A stretch of DNA of 55,396 nt, filler included, from an uncultured virus (IMG/VR IMGVR_UViG_2049941000_000908) (lineage: Duplodnaviria > Heunggongvirae > Uroviricota > Caudoviricetes). It is 20 parts of one record of this genome, joined end to end, with 100 filler letters (N's around TTAATTAATTAA, not from the genome) between each part and the next. Parts side by side here need not be neighbours in the genome. Positions count along the whole stretch, not along the records: positions 29,283 to 32,771 come from IMGVR_UViG_2049941000_000908; positions 32,872 to 35,814 come from IMGVR_UViG_2049941000_000908; positions 35,915 to 40,512 come from IMGVR_UViG_2049941000_000908; positions 40,613 to 42,777 come from IMGVR_UViG_2049941000_000908; 16 more parts are not named here. The stretch is one strand, 5' to 3'. Shown in pieces: positions 32,376-42,877 of this stretch (position 1 is its first letter; each line of letters begins with the position of its first letter). Below the pieces are notes generated by a model. It did not search any database. It was not told the origin of the DNA and worked only from the letters and a program-made list of their open reading frames with translations. The translations under genes were made by a program, and so were the position numbers.

Positions 32376-32982
32376 NNNNNNNNNNGTGCTATTACTACAA
32401 TTACGACGGAACGGTGCTGCTCTACACCGCGACCGCGTCGGAAAACGGCAACGTCAATTTTTCCGGCAGCACACCCACGAAACCGTCCACCGCCGCCGAG
32501 AATTTCACCTTCAAAGGCTGGGCGCGGGAAATTGACGGGGAATGCGACCCAACCGCGCAGAGCAAGGTAGTGGAAGATCGCAACCTGTACGCCGTATTCA
32601 CAGCGTCGGTGAGAACCTACACCGTCAGGTACTATGTCGGCAATAAGGTCATTCAAACTAAGACTGACGTGCCTTACGGCGGCAGCGTCTATTATGACGG
32701 TGACGTTCCGAGAAATACAGCCGCAGACGACCCGGACGATTATGAATTTTCCGGCTGGGACAGACTCGCCGNNNNNNNNNNNNNNNNNNNNNNNNNNNNN
32801 NNNNNNNNNNNNNNNTTAATTAATTAANNNNNNNNNNNNNNNNNNNNNNNNNNNNNNNNNNNNNNNNNNNNTGAGAACACCGCCCATCTAGGTCTGCCCG
32901 TTCCCGAGAAAATCAAGGAAGTGCTGTCGCAGCTCCACGACAAAGAGCATCAGAAAAAGAATTCATAACGGAGGGTAAGGAC

Positions 32983-33297
32983 ATGACGGACAAAGTGACG
33001 CGCGGCACCACGCCGACGATATGCTTCACCTACACCGATGTGGACACCTCCCGCATGACCGCCGCCTACATGACCATGCGCCAGAGGGGACAGGTCATTG
33101 TGGAGAAGGAACTGTACCAAGCGACGGTGACGGAGGGGCGGCTGCTCTGGCAACTGACGCAGGAGGAAACGCTGCTGCTCAAACCCGGCTGTGACGTGGA
33201 AATTCAATGCCGTTACCGCCTGGATGACGGCACCGCCGGAGCAAGCGAAATCTTCTGCCTTTCCGCTTCGGATATCTTGAAGGACGGTGTTGTCTGA
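32983..33297 (+). CDS. Phage hypothetical protein (allele at 35507-35814)
   Basis: MTDKVTRGTTPTICF...SDILKDGVV, directly after the holin, with RBS. Confidence 0.7.
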   Translation: MTDKVTRGTTPTICFTYTDVDTSRMTAAYMTMRQRGQVIVEKELYQATVTEGRLLWQLTQEETLLLKPGCDVEIQCRYRLDDGTAGASEIFCLSASDILKDGVV

Positions 33298-33587
33298 TGA
33301 CGACGCTCAGTGCGGGAAAGCCGGAAGTGATTACGTTGGACGGAGGAAAGGCTTCTGTCATACACAGGATGGACGGACAGGCGGGCGTATTCACCTCCGT
33401 CAGCGACAATTCCATTCCGGTCTACACCGGAAGGCACCATGTCATTCCGAAGACGGAGGGACAGGCGCTTCCTACCAAAAACACAAGACTGACGCGGAAT
33501 ATCACCGTCGCAGCCGTGCCGTATTACGAAACAAATAATGAGAACGGAACGACGGTGTATATCGCGGAGAACACGGAGGACGAATAA
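33297..33587 (+). CDS. Phage hypothetical protein
   Basis: VYTGRHHVIPKTEGQALPTKNTRLTRNITVAAVPYYETNNENGTTVYIA; coupled to its neighbours. Confidence 0.7.
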   Translation: MTTLSAGKPEVITLDGGKASVIHRMDGQAGVFTSVSDNSIPVYTGRHHVIPKTEGQALPTKNTRLTRNITVAAVPYYETNNENGTTVYIAENTEDE

Positions 33588-33692
33588 AAAATGGCTGTAA
33601 ACAAGGTTATCTACGGCGGCAGAACGCTTATTGACCTGACGGGCGACACGGTCACCGCCGACAAGCTGCTCACCGGCTTCACNNNNNNNNNN

Positions 33693-34206
33693 AGCAACGC
33701 GCATTACCACGACATTCAACGTCAATTACACGATGCTGTTCGTCTACAATTCCACCCGCGTGTCCGGTGGCTGCTGGGATATGTATTACGGCTACAATGC
33801 CGGTTACACCAACAATGTTTCGCAGGGGCAGGGCTACGCCGTCAGCTCCAGCAACGCAAAAGCCTGTACCGCAACGCTCTCGTCCTACTCTTTGGTTTCG
33901 CACGGAATTGTAGCGGTTCGCTTTGCCAACGCCGTTCCAGCCGGAGCGACGCTCAACATCAACAGCAAGGGCGCAAAGGCGGTGTATTACCGGGGCGCGG
34001 CACTTGCGGAAGGGGTGATCAAAGCCGGGGACATCGCCACCTTCATCTACAACGGCAGCCAGTATATTCTGCTTTCCGTTGACCGGACAGTTGCTACCCC
34101 GGAGAAGCTGAGTGACCTCACCAATGACATTTACACCACGCACACCATGACGATCACTTACACTGATGGTACGACTGAAAGCATTGAGGTGATGGCGGCG
34201 AGATGA
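33693..34206 (+). CDS. Tail fibre-like protein, C-terminal part
   Basis: VAVRFANAVPAGATLNINSKGAKAVYYRGAALAEGVIKAGDIATFIYNGSQYIL, a common tail fibre motif. Confidence 0.7.
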
Positions 34207-35114
34207 GTATTTTCCTTAACGCGCAGGAAGTTTCCATTGACGGAAAGGACGTTCTGAAATTAGAAATGGACGGCGTGACAGTCTGGGAGAAGGTCGCGGA
34301 GATTATCCCCACAAAAATACACCTCACGCTGACCTCTACGCTGAAACAGCAGATTTCCTGCATCTATTCCGGCAGCGGAGAAATCGACTGGGGCGACGGT
34401 TCGGACGTTACAACATTCTCCGGCTCCACAACGGGCAATTTTCAGCACACATATTCTCAGGCTGGCAACTACGTTGTCAGAGTGAAAATGGAAAGGGGAG
34501 GACTGTGGATTCCCGGAACCTACATGGCGTCCATGCTGGGCATTTCCATGCTGTCTTTCAGCAATGACGGCAGCAAGTCCCAGAGCAGCCCGCAGCTGAC
34601 AGCGGTGGAATTCGGAGACGGCGCGGCGTTGTACCGCTCCGGCAAATCCTCCGGCTATGCCTTTGCAGGCTGCACTTCACTGACGGAAATTACGCTGCCG
34701 GAGGGCGATACCACCGTACCGACATCTACCTTTCAGGATTGTGTCGCGCTGCGACAGGTGACATTTCCGGCAAGCGTGACAACGATAGAAGCCTACGCCT
34801 TCGCCAGGTGCGCTGCGCTTGCTCCGGCATTGGAGATGTCCATCCAGAGGATAGCCGCCTGCGCCTTCCGGGGCTGCACGGGGCTTGAAAAGATATGGCT
34901 GCGGAGCAGCGTGGAAACGCTGGAGGAATCGACCGAGAAAAGCAACAACACGGTCAGTGCTTACACCGGACCTTTCTTCGGCTGTTCGCCATCGCTGGTG
35001 ATCTACTGCGAAGCGGATGAAAAGCCGTCCGGCTGGAGTGAACATTGGAATGTGTATGAAGGCACGGACAAATTTCTCACGGTGGTATGGGGACAGAAAA
35101 CCCGACCGTGGTAA
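34203..35114 (+). CDS. PKD-like plus BspA LRR protein (putative receptor-binding protein)
   Basis: IDWGDGS...HTYSQAGNYVV (PKD-like); AFAGCTSLTEITLP, FQDCVALRQVTFPASVTTIEAYAF. Confidence 0.8.
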   Translation: MSIFLNAQEVSIDGKDVLKLEMDGVTVWEKVAEIIPTKIHLTLTSTLKQQISCIYSGSGEIDWGDGSDVTTFSGSTTGNFQHTYSQAGNYVVRVKMERGGLWIPGTYMASMLGISMLSFSNDGSKSQSSPQLTAVEFGDGAALYRSGKSSGYAFAGCTSLTEITLPEGDTTVPTSTFQDCVALRQVTFPASVTTIEAYAFARCAALAPALEMSIQRIAACAFRGCTGLEKIWLRSSVETLEESTEKSNNTVSAYTGPFFGCSPSLVIYCEADEKPSGWSEHWNVYEGTDKFLTVVWGQKTRPW

Positions 35115-35127
35115 GGAGGGATTTTTA

Positions 35128-35384
35128 TTGGAGATTTTTAAAACAAGTGACGCTGAAAAGGCGATGCGATTCGCGCAGGAAAGTCTGGAAGGACTTCACG
35201 GCAAGGAGGCGCTCGACCTGTTTTTCAATCAGTCGGTATTTCTGCAAACCGGCGTTCTCAGCACAAGCGATTGCGAAAGAGCGCGGAATCTCGGCATTCC
35301 CGTGTGGCAAGCGGGACACCTCGGCGGGAGCATTGTCTGCTTTCCGGGCGATCTCAGCATCTGCCTGACGACGTGGGGCGATAC
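35128..35384 (+). CDS. Lipoate-protein ligase (LplA/LipB fold)-like protein, N-terminal fragment
   Basis: TTG start with AAGGAGG RBS. DCERARNLGIPVWQAGHLGGSIVCFPGDLSICL resembles the LplA-family segment GIPVVRRxxGGGxVxHxxGxLxxS. Confidence 0.5.
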
Positions 35385-35967
35385 NNNNNNNNNNCGAAAA
35401 CACCGCCCATCTCGGTCTGCCTGTTCCCGAAAAGATCAAGGAAGTGCTGTCGCAGCTGCACGACAAAGAGCATCAGAAAAAGAATTCATAACGGAGGGCG
35501 AAGGGCATGACGGACAAAGTGACGCGCGGCACCACGCCGACCATCTGCTTTACCTACACCGATGTGGACACCTCGCGCATAACCGTTGCCTACATGACCA
35601 TGCGGCAGAGAGGGCAGGTCGTTGCGGAGAAGGAACTGTACCAAGCGACGGTGACGGAGGGGCGGCTGCTCTGGACGCTGACGCAGGAGGAGACGCTTCT
35701 GCTCAGATCCGGCTATGACGTGGAAATTCAATGCCGCTACCGTCTGGATGACGGCACCGCGGGGGCAAGCGATATCTTCTGTCTTGCCGCTTCGGATATT
35801 CTGAAGGAAGGTGTNNNNNNNNNNNNNNNNNNNNNNNNNNNNNNNNNNNNNNNNNNNNTTAATTAATTAANNNNNNNNNNNNNNNNNNNNNNNNNNNNNN
35901 NNNNNNNNNNNNNNGCAGCGAATTTCCGAGCTGACGGAAATCAAAGAATGAAGGGAGAAATTCAATT

Positions 35968-36774
35968 ATGGCAACAAATTACACCAACAGTCCGCTGGTC
36001 AGCTATACACGGCTGGTGGAAAAACATTCCGGCGAGAGGACGCACGCCATCGACCGTATCACGCCACACTGTGTGGTAGGGCAGGTGACGGCAGAAAGGC
36101 TGGGGGATATCTTTTCCGGCACAAGGGCGGTTTCGTCCAATTACGGCATTGCCCTTGACGGCACAGTCGGCTTGTATGTGGAGGAAAAGAACCGTTCGTG
36201 GTGTTCGTCCAGCAACGCCAACGACCAGAGGGCGATCACCATCGAGTGCGCGTCCGACCCGAAGCCGCCCTACGCCTTCAAGCCGGTTGTCTACGACACT
36301 CTGGTGAAGCTCTGCATCGACGTATGCAAGCGCAACGGCAAGAAAAAGCTGCTCTGGTTCGGGGACAAAACAAAGTCGCTCACCTACAATCCCAAACCGG
36401 ATGAGATGGTACTCACCGTCCACCGCTGGTTTGCCAACAAATCCTGTCCGGGCGACTGGCTCTATGCACGCATGGGCAACCTTGCGCAGAAGGTCACCGC
36501 CGCGCTGAACGAAAGCACCGCGCCGACACCCAATCCGACCGCTAAATGCCCCTACGCGGAGCCGAAATCCGCTGTCCGCTACGGCGCAAGGGGCAACGGT
36601 GTGAAATGGGTGCAATGGCATCTGAACAAAGCCGCAGGAGAGAAGCTGGATATTGACGGACACTTCGGCGTGCTGACGAAAGCGGCAGTTCTGTCCTTCC
36701 AGCGCAAGCACCACCTCGCCGCTGACGCTATCGTCGGCAGCAAGACCCGCGCCGCATTGAAGAAAGCATTATGA
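35968..36774 (+). CDS. Endolysin: N-acetylmuramoyl-L-alanine amidase (Amidase_2) plus PG-binding domain
   Basis: DRITPHCVVG, SWCSSSNANDQRAITIEC, TVHRWFANKSCPG; C-terminal VKWVQWHL...DGHFG..T..AV..FQ...L..DAIVG..T. Confidence 0.93.
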   Translation: MATNYTNSPLVSYTRLVEKHSGERTHAIDRITPHCVVGQVTAERLGDIFSGTRAVSSNYGIALDGTVGLYVEEKNRSWCSSSNANDQRAITIECASDPKPPYAFKPVVYDTLVKLCIDVCKRNGKKKLLWFGDKTKSLTYNPKPDEMVLTVHRWFANKSCPGDWLYARMGNLAQKVTAALNESTAPTPNPTAKCPYAEPKSAVRYGARGNGVKWVQWHLNKAAGEKLDIDGHFGVLTKAAVLSFQRKHHLAADAIVGSKTRAALKKAL

Positions 36775-36782
36775 ATCACCGA

Positions 36783-36831
36783 AGCCCGCAGGCTGTCTCT
36801 CGATTAACGAGGGATGGTCTGCGGGCTTTTT
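36783..36831 (+). terminator. Intrinsic terminator after the endolysin
   Basis: AAGCCCGCAGGCTGTCTCTCG...CGAGGGATGGTCTGCGGGCTTTTT. Confidence 0.8.
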
Positions 36832-36887
36832 GTGTTTTGTTCATTGTAAAATGAACGTACAGCATTAGGAAAATTATATTATCCCCC

Positions 36888-36946
36888 TTGACAAATTGGT
36901 CTATTAGTGATAGACTTATAATAGTCTATTGATTATAGACCAATTT
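36888..36946 (+). promoter_or_regulatory. blaI-like promoter with a double palindromic operator (second copy about 37757-37815)
   Basis: TTGACA, 17 nt, TAGACT preceded by TG. Two GTCTAT-N5-ATAGAC boxes sit within the larger inverted repeat AAATTGGTCTAT...ATAGACCAATTT. Confidence 0.75.
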
Positions 36947-37043
36947 ATTGTTTTTAGTAGGAGGAATTTTACATGGAGCATCAAAAACTCGGTGCCGTGG
37001 AAATGCGCTTTGCAGAAATCATATGGAAAAATGNNNNNNNNNN

Positions 37044-37423
37044 GGAAACCAGACGGACGGTGATGCAGCCGCGACTCCGGCAAACAAATCTGTCTGATAG
37101 GCTGCCCAGACGGAAAACAAGGCTGCAAGAGAATAACCTCCGATAATATATGTTTTGCTTTTATCTGCACAAAACTTCTGTATTTCTTCGAGCGTTGCAT
37201 TTGCCCCGTCTCCGAAGCCGTCTTTACCGAAAACAGCGGATGCGTTCCACGGCGAAAGATCATGATTCCAGTTGTTTATTCTGACAGCCAGAAGGTGAAA
37301 GTCCTTTTCCGACAGACGTTCAATTTCTTTTACTTCATTCTCGATGACGGATAGATCCTGTTCATCCACCGGCTGGATAAGAACGAGCGACGCATCCGGA
37401 TTTCCATACTCAATTACTCTCAT
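37044..37423 (-). CDS. Alpha/beta hydrolase (putative esterase), N-terminal part
   Basis: NWNHDLSPW...FGDGA...IGGYSLAALFSVWA...AAASPSVWF (GYSLA nucleophile elbow). Confidence 0.8.
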
Positions 37424-37840
37424 TTCAATTCTCTCCCTGTATTCATCACTTCTACAGGCGGCAAGTCTTTCATACACTGTCAATTTCAATCCTCCCGACA
37501 TCTTGAATATGATTCTGCTTTTTTATTCTACCACGCATTTCATGAGTGTGTCAATACAAATCCGGCAATCACCATCGGATTGACTGCGTCGGTTTTCACA
37601 GAGGAAAAGCCACCGCCTCGTCATATAGCTGCCTGAGTGTATGCAGGAAGTCAGCAAGGCAAGATCTGCTGTCGCTCTTGTGCGTACAGAGAACGCAGGA
37701 AAAACTCTCCGTACAATCAAACGGAATNNNNNNNNNNATTTTTATATTATCCCCCTTGACAAATCGGTCTATTGGTGATAGACTTATAATAGTCTATTGA
37801 TTATAGACCAATTTGTTGTTTTTAATGGGAGGAATTTTAC

Positions 37841-38203
37841 ATGGAGCATCTAAAACTCGGTGCCGTGGAAATGCGCTTTGCAGAAATCATATGGAAAAAT
37901 GAGCCACTGACATCAGGACAGCTTGTTAAGCTGTGCTTGGAACAGCTTGAATGGAAAAAATCTACCACTTATACTGTTCTCAAAAAGCTATGTGACAGGG
38001 GACTGTTTAAAAACACCAACGGTATGGTTTCGTCGGTCATTTCAAAAGAGGAATACTACTCTGCGCAAAGTGAACAAGTGGTAAATGAAAGCTTTGGCGG
38101 TTCACTTCCGGCGTTTATTGCTGCTTTTACCTCGCGCAAAACATTGACACAGGAGGAAATTGATGAGATCAGGCGAATGATAGATGCAGTCGGGGAGGAA
38201 TGA
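37841..38203 (+). CDS. BlaI/MecI/CopY-family repressor
   Basis: EMRFAEIIWKNEPLTSGQLV...WKKSTTYTVLKKLCDRGL...FGGSLPAFIAAF. Confidence 0.92.
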   Translation: MEHLKLGAVEMRFAEIIWKNEPLTSGQLVKLCLEQLEWKKSTTYTVLKKLCDRGLFKNTNGMVSSVISKEEYYSAQSEQVVNESFGGSLPAFIAAFTSRKTLTQEEIDEIRRMIDAVGEE

Positions 38204-40194
38204 AAATGAGAACGGTTTTCATGATGCTGATGGATATGAGCGTTTCTTCTTGTCCGCTCATTTTGGCTGTTATTCTCCTGCGTATGCTGCTTCGGCGTTC
38301 GCCCAAAAACATAAGCCTTGTGCTGTGGGCGATCGTAGGGCTGAGACTCATATGCCCTTTGTCTGTGGAAAGTGTTCTAAGCCTTTCGCTGCCCACCAAC
38401 GCAGTGTCAGATACCCTCGTTTCTTACCAATCCATCGACGGCATTCAAGGTGACTCATTGCAACATACACCTTCCCGTTCTTTTCCGGCGCAGGAAACCA
38501 CCAGTGCGCCGCCTCAAACAGGTAATCACAAAGAAGCCGAAGGCGTTGCGGAAACGCGGACAGTTGATTCAACGCACACCATAACCGTGCTGTTGCTGAT
38601 CTGGCTCATCGGTTGTACTGCCATGACAGGATACGGTATTTTCAACTACATTTCGCTGAGAAAGCGCACATCTGTGAGGATACGTCTGCATGATGAAGTT
38701 TACGCCTGTGATGGTATCGATTCGGCTTTCGTGCTTGGATTGATTCATCCGAAGATCATAGTTCCCTCTGAAACCGATCATGCGAATCTTTACTATATCG
38801 AAGCGCATGAACGGGCACATATTGCGCGGCTCGATCACATCTGGAAACCGGTGGGATTTATGCTGCTGGCGTTATATTGGTTCCATCCGCTGGTGTGGAT
38901 TTCCTACATTCTTTTCTGCCGTGATATTGAATACGCCTGCGACGAGCGTATAATAAAGCCTATGAGTATAGCCGAAAGGCAGGGTTATTCACGCACGCTG
39001 CTTGCGTGCAGTCTGCCGCATAAAAATATGGCGATAGTTCCGGTCGCCTTCGGTGAAATTGGAATAAAAGAAAGGGTGTGCGCCATTATGAATTATAAAA
39101 AGCCGAAATTATGGGTCATTTCTGTTGCTGTGATAGCGTGCGTAATGGTAGCGGTGTGCTTTTTTACATCGCCCGTCACTGCTAAGAACGCAATTGATAA
39201 TTCCAAAACAGCAGTACAGGAACAAATCGCAAAAAAGGATAATTGCCCCTACACGATGGTTTTTGCTCAGGTGCCACATGATGACCTTATCTGGCTTGGT
39301 CTGGGGTCTACCGCAGATTGGGGTTATTATGACAGAGATGGAATTCTCGTTGATTACTATTACCGTGACGGTCGCAGTAAAAATCAGGCGTTTGTCAGTC
39401 AATTGTATTCGCTGCTTGATCCTGAACAGTATGAATACGTCGGAGAAGGGTCGTATGATATCATCGGAACTGACGGAAATTATCCGGAGGATTTATGTGT
39501 GCGGTTTGCAGATGAGAACGGCGAATATCTCCACTGGTTTTACTTGGATGGCGACGGCGACCTGCTGTATGTAGTTGCTTCAAGAAGCGGTGAGGAATAC
39601 GAAGCAGAGCTTGAAGAATATCTCGATTACCGCGAACAAGGACTTCCCACACACGAACCGGAGCCGGTATTTGGTAAACCGCGGCAGTATAAAGCACCGG
39701 CAGAACTCTATGATACCGTGAGAGATATTGTACTGTCTCTTCCCGAAACAAGGAAATACGTTGCAAATAAAATGGTGAACGGCGTCAACAGTTATATTGA
39801 TGATACCGGAGCAATGTTCTGTGAATATGAAATCGAAAGTCCTGCTATTGCTCAAATTGTTATTCACAGCGATCTTCATCTGATCTCCAAGGACTACGGG
39901 TGCGATTATATTATTTCTCGCAACTCATACGAAAAGTTTTATAATATAATATGGCCTGCTTTTTGTGACCTTGACTGTATAGAAACCATGCCTCCGCAGT
40001 ATAACGCCGAGAAAAACGATACCCATACTATTTATCTTTACGCTTCGGATTATTATGACACTTCGGAACGGGATAATCATGTGATTGCTCTTTTGGGCGA
40101 CAGCGGCATTGTAAAAGTAACCTTCAACGGTGAAACCTACTGGTATGACGGAGGCAAGCAGATGATGGATTACTGTCAACAGCTTGTCGGATAG
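38200..40194 (+). CDS. BlaR1-like M56 peptidase with an uncharacterised extracellular domain
   Basis: TM segments, AHERAHIARLDH, YWFHPLVW, DIEYACDE, FGEIGIKERV; no SxxK penicillin-binding domain recognisable by eye in the acidic C-terminus. Confidence 0.9.
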   Translation: MKMRTVFMMLMDMSVSSCPLILAVILLRMLLRRSPKNISLVLWAIVGLRLICPLSVESVLSLSLPTNAVSDTLVSYQSIDGIQGDSLQHTPSRSFPAQETTSAPPQTGNHKEAEGVAETRTVDSTHTITVLLLIWLIGCTAMTGYGIFNYISLRKRTSVRIRLHDEVYACDGIDSAFVLGLIHPKIIVPSETDHANLYYIEAHERAHIARLDHIWKPVGFMLLALYWFHPLVWISYILFCRDIEYACDERIIKPMSIAERQGYSRTLLACSLPHKNMAIVPVAFGEIGIKERVCAIMNYKKPKLWVISVAVIACVMVAVCFFTSPVTAKNAIDNSKTAVQEQIAKKDNCPYTMVFAQVPHDDLIWLGLGSTADWGYYDRDGILVDYYYRDGRSKNQAFVSQLYSLLDPEQYEYVGEGSYDIIGTDGNYPEDLCVRFADENGEYLHWFYLDGDGDLLYVVASRSGEEYEAELEEYLDYREQGLPTHEPEPVFGKPRQYKAPAELYDTVRDIVLSLPETRKYVANKMVNGVNSYIDDTGAMFCEYEIESPAIAQIVIHSDLHLISKDYGCDYIISRNSYEKFYNIIWPAFCDLDCIETMPPQYNAEKNDTHTIYLYASDYYDTSERDNHVIALLGDSGIVKVTFNGETYWYDGGKQMMDYCQQLVG

Positions 40195-40639
40195 GACTGA
40201 TGAAAATATCAGCAATCGAGTAACAATGAGAATGATGATTTGATTCCACCATAGCTTTTCAAAATTGCTGCGTCCAAATATTATCACATACGATGCCTCT
40301 TTTGAAGCCTGTGTGCCGATTTGTGCGATTCTTTACAAGAGATCGGAAAGAACCGCCACAAAATATTTAGGGCTTAAATCGAGGAATACGGAGAGTTGTG
40401 AAAGGCATAGCAACTAACAAAATTCACAACAATCACTGTCATTAATCACATAACTGTTTGAAAAAATCAAGTGTGTTCTTCCTGCGTAATTGATAAATTT
40501 TTGATAACAAAANNNNNNNNNNNNNNNNNNNNNNNNNNNNNNNNNNNNNNNNNNNNTTAATTAATTAANNNNNNNNNNNNNNNNNNNNNNNNNNNNNNNN
40601 NNNNNNNNNNNNAACCTGAAAGATCAGGCGCGGAGGCAG

Positions 40640-40903
40640 ATGCTGATAGCGGAGAAAGCAGAGCCTTGTGTCACAGTGACGGAGAGCAACTGGAAAGCTT
40701 TGGTCGCCGCCCAGCACACGCAGATCGAGATGCTCAAGGATATTCTGGACGCGCTCGGACTGTTAGCAACGGAGGAAGAACTGATGAATCACATGAACGA
40801 TCAGATGACGCTTCTGGAACAGTACAGCAGAGAGTCGGAGCGGAACACGCGAGCTTTTCAGCGGGAGATGAGCGTCACTTCAACGAATCTCCAGAAGGAT
40901 TTA
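40640..40903 (+). CDS. Hypothetical coiled-coil protein, partial
   Basis: GGAGG RBS; open helical ORF truncated by a gap. Confidence 0.45.
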
Positions 40904-41158
40904 ANNNNNNNNNNATCAAAGAATTCTTTGGGCGTTATTTCAAGATACTCGCAGATATAGAAGAAAGCCTGCATGGAAGGCAGGTTGATGCCGTTCTCAA
41001 TGTTGTTGATATATCCCGCGCTCTGACCGATGGATAAGCTCATATCCCTTGCCGAAACACCCTTGTTGATCCGCAGGGCGGCAAGCCGCCGGGAAAATTC
41101 CTGCTTGTTCAAGTCAATCACCACCTTGTGTATAATTTTACTATACACNNNNNNNNNN

Positions 41159-41566
41159 GAAAAATTAGATGACGCTGTATATACGGCGGTTCTGAAAGTC
41201 GCAGAGCAGGGCTGCGAGATATTCTATACAGGAGCAATGGGGGAATTTGACAGCCTGTTTTCCTCTGCCGTACGCAAGGTGAAAAAGACCTATCCGAAGA
41301 TAAAGCTGATCTGTGTCAAACCGTATTTCACCAACGACCTCAATATAAACGGTGAGTATTATGCCGCCCTATACGATGACGTCATCATACCCGATACATT
41401 AGCCGATGTTCACCCAAAAGCAGCCATCAAATACCGCAACCGCTGGATCATTGACCACAGCGACATCATCCTGATTTACACCAAGCGTACCTACGGCGGC
41501 GCGTATGAGGCGAGAAAATATGCGGAGAGAATGGGGAAGGGGATCGTATATATCAGAGCAAAGTGA
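41159..41566 (+). CDS. SLOG-superfamily (DUF1273/YspA-like) protein, allele 1
   Basis: FYTGAMGEFD...KLICVKPY...YDDVI...AIKYRNRWIIDHSD...YGGAYEA. Confidence 0.8.
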   Translation, partial: EKLDDAVYTAVLKVAEQGCEIFYTGAMGEFDSLFSSAVRKVKKTYPKIKLICVKPYFTNDLNINGEYYAALYDDVIIPDTLADVHPKAAIKYRNRWIIDHSDIILIYTKRTYGGAYEARKYAERMGKGIVYIRAK

Positions 41567-41640
41567 TAATGAAAAAACTTGAAATATTCAAAAAGATATG
41601 GTATGAATAATAGTAGCCTGACGTTGGAGGGATTACACAT

Positions 41641-41801
41641 ATGGTTGACAAATATAAGGTCGTCACCCTGTGCGGCAGCGCGAGGTTCAAGGATGAATTC
41701 ATAGCAGTAGAAAAGCGGCTGACCTTGGAGGGTAATATTGTTCTCAGCGTCGGCTTTTTCGGTGAAGTCGGAGACAGCGCAAAGGAAATGCTGGACGATA
41801 T
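41641..41801 (+). CDS. Nucleoside 2-deoxyribosyltransferase-like (DUF4406-like) protein, N-terminus
   Basis: KYKVVTLCGSARFKDEFIAVEKRLTLEGNIVLSVGFFG. Confidence 0.55.
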
Positions 41802-41811
41802 NNNNNNNNNN

Positions 41812-42067
41812 AGAGTCTCTTTGCTGCTTCGGTTAATTCGGAAATCATCATCGGATTGACCGAATCGGTATCAAAGAATTCCTTCGGCGTAATTTCAAGA
41901 TACTCGCAGATATAGAAGAACGCCTGCATGGAAGGGAGGTTGATGCCGTTCTCAATGTTATTGATATATCCTGCGCTCTGACCGATAGATAAGCTCATGT
42001 CCCTTGCGGAAACGCCCTTGTTGATCCGCAGGGCGGCAAGCCGCCGGGAAAATTCCTGTTTGTTCAA
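41812..42067 (-). CDS. Small XRE HTH regulator (further copies at 40915-41110, 42120-42191, 50231-50359)
   Basis: FSRRLAALRINKGVSARDMSLSIGQSAGYINNIENG..LPSMQAFFYICEYL. Confidence 0.88.
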
Positions 42068-42265
42068 GTCAATCACCACCTTGTGTATAATTTTACTATA
42101 CACAGGGTANNNNNNNNNNTCATATCTCTTGCCGAAACGCCCTTGTTGATCCGCAGGGCAGCAAGCCGCCGGGAAAACTCCTGCTTGTTCAAGTCAATCA
42201 CCACCTTGTGTATAATTTTACTATACACAAGGTAGTATTCTATCCGGCTCATCTATCAATTCTCG

Positions 42266-42321
42266 TTGACATATCTATTTATAGTAGTTATAATATCTTT
42301 ATAGATACACTATAAATAGAT
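42266..42321 (+). promoter_or_regulatory. Perfect consensus promoter with a 13-bp inverted repeat upstream of the SLOG gene
   Basis: TTGACA (42266), 17 nt, TATAAT (42289). ATCTATTTATAGT (42273-42285) is inverted as ACTATAAATAGAT (42309-42321). Confidence 0.75.
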
Positions 42322-42326
42322 GCGGG

Positions 42327-42750
42327 ATGATGAAAATGACGGCGTGTTGCGGTTTCGGGCATAGGGATGTATTGGANNNNNNNNNNGGAGCGGGGCTGCG
42401 ATATCTTCTACACAGGCGCAATGGGCGAATTTGACAGCCTGTTTTCATCCGCCGTCCGCAAGATCAAAAAGACCTATCCGGAGATAAAATTGATCTGTGT
42501 CAAGCCTTACTTCACAAATGACCTCAATATAAACGGTGAGTATTATTCCGCCCTATACGATGACGTCATTATACCAGATGAACTCGCCGATATTCACCCG
42601 AAAGCCGCTATCAAATACCGCAACCGCTGGATGATCGACCACAGCGATATCATCCTGATTTATACCAAACGCACCTACGGCGGCGCTTATGAGGCGAGAA
42701 GATACGCGGAGAGAATTGGGAAGGAGGTCGTATATATCAGAGCAAAGTGA
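42327..42750 (+). CDS. SLOG-superfamily protein, allele 2
   Basis: Starts MMKMTACCGFGHRDV; body near-identical to 41159-41566. Confidence 0.8.
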
Positions 42751-42877
42751 TAATGAAAAAACTTGAAATATTCAAAANNNNNNNNNNNNNNNNNNNNNNN
42801 NNNNNNNNNNNNNNNNNNNNNTTAATTAATTAANNNNNNNNNNNNNNNNNNNNNNNNNNNNNNNNNNNNNNNNNNNN

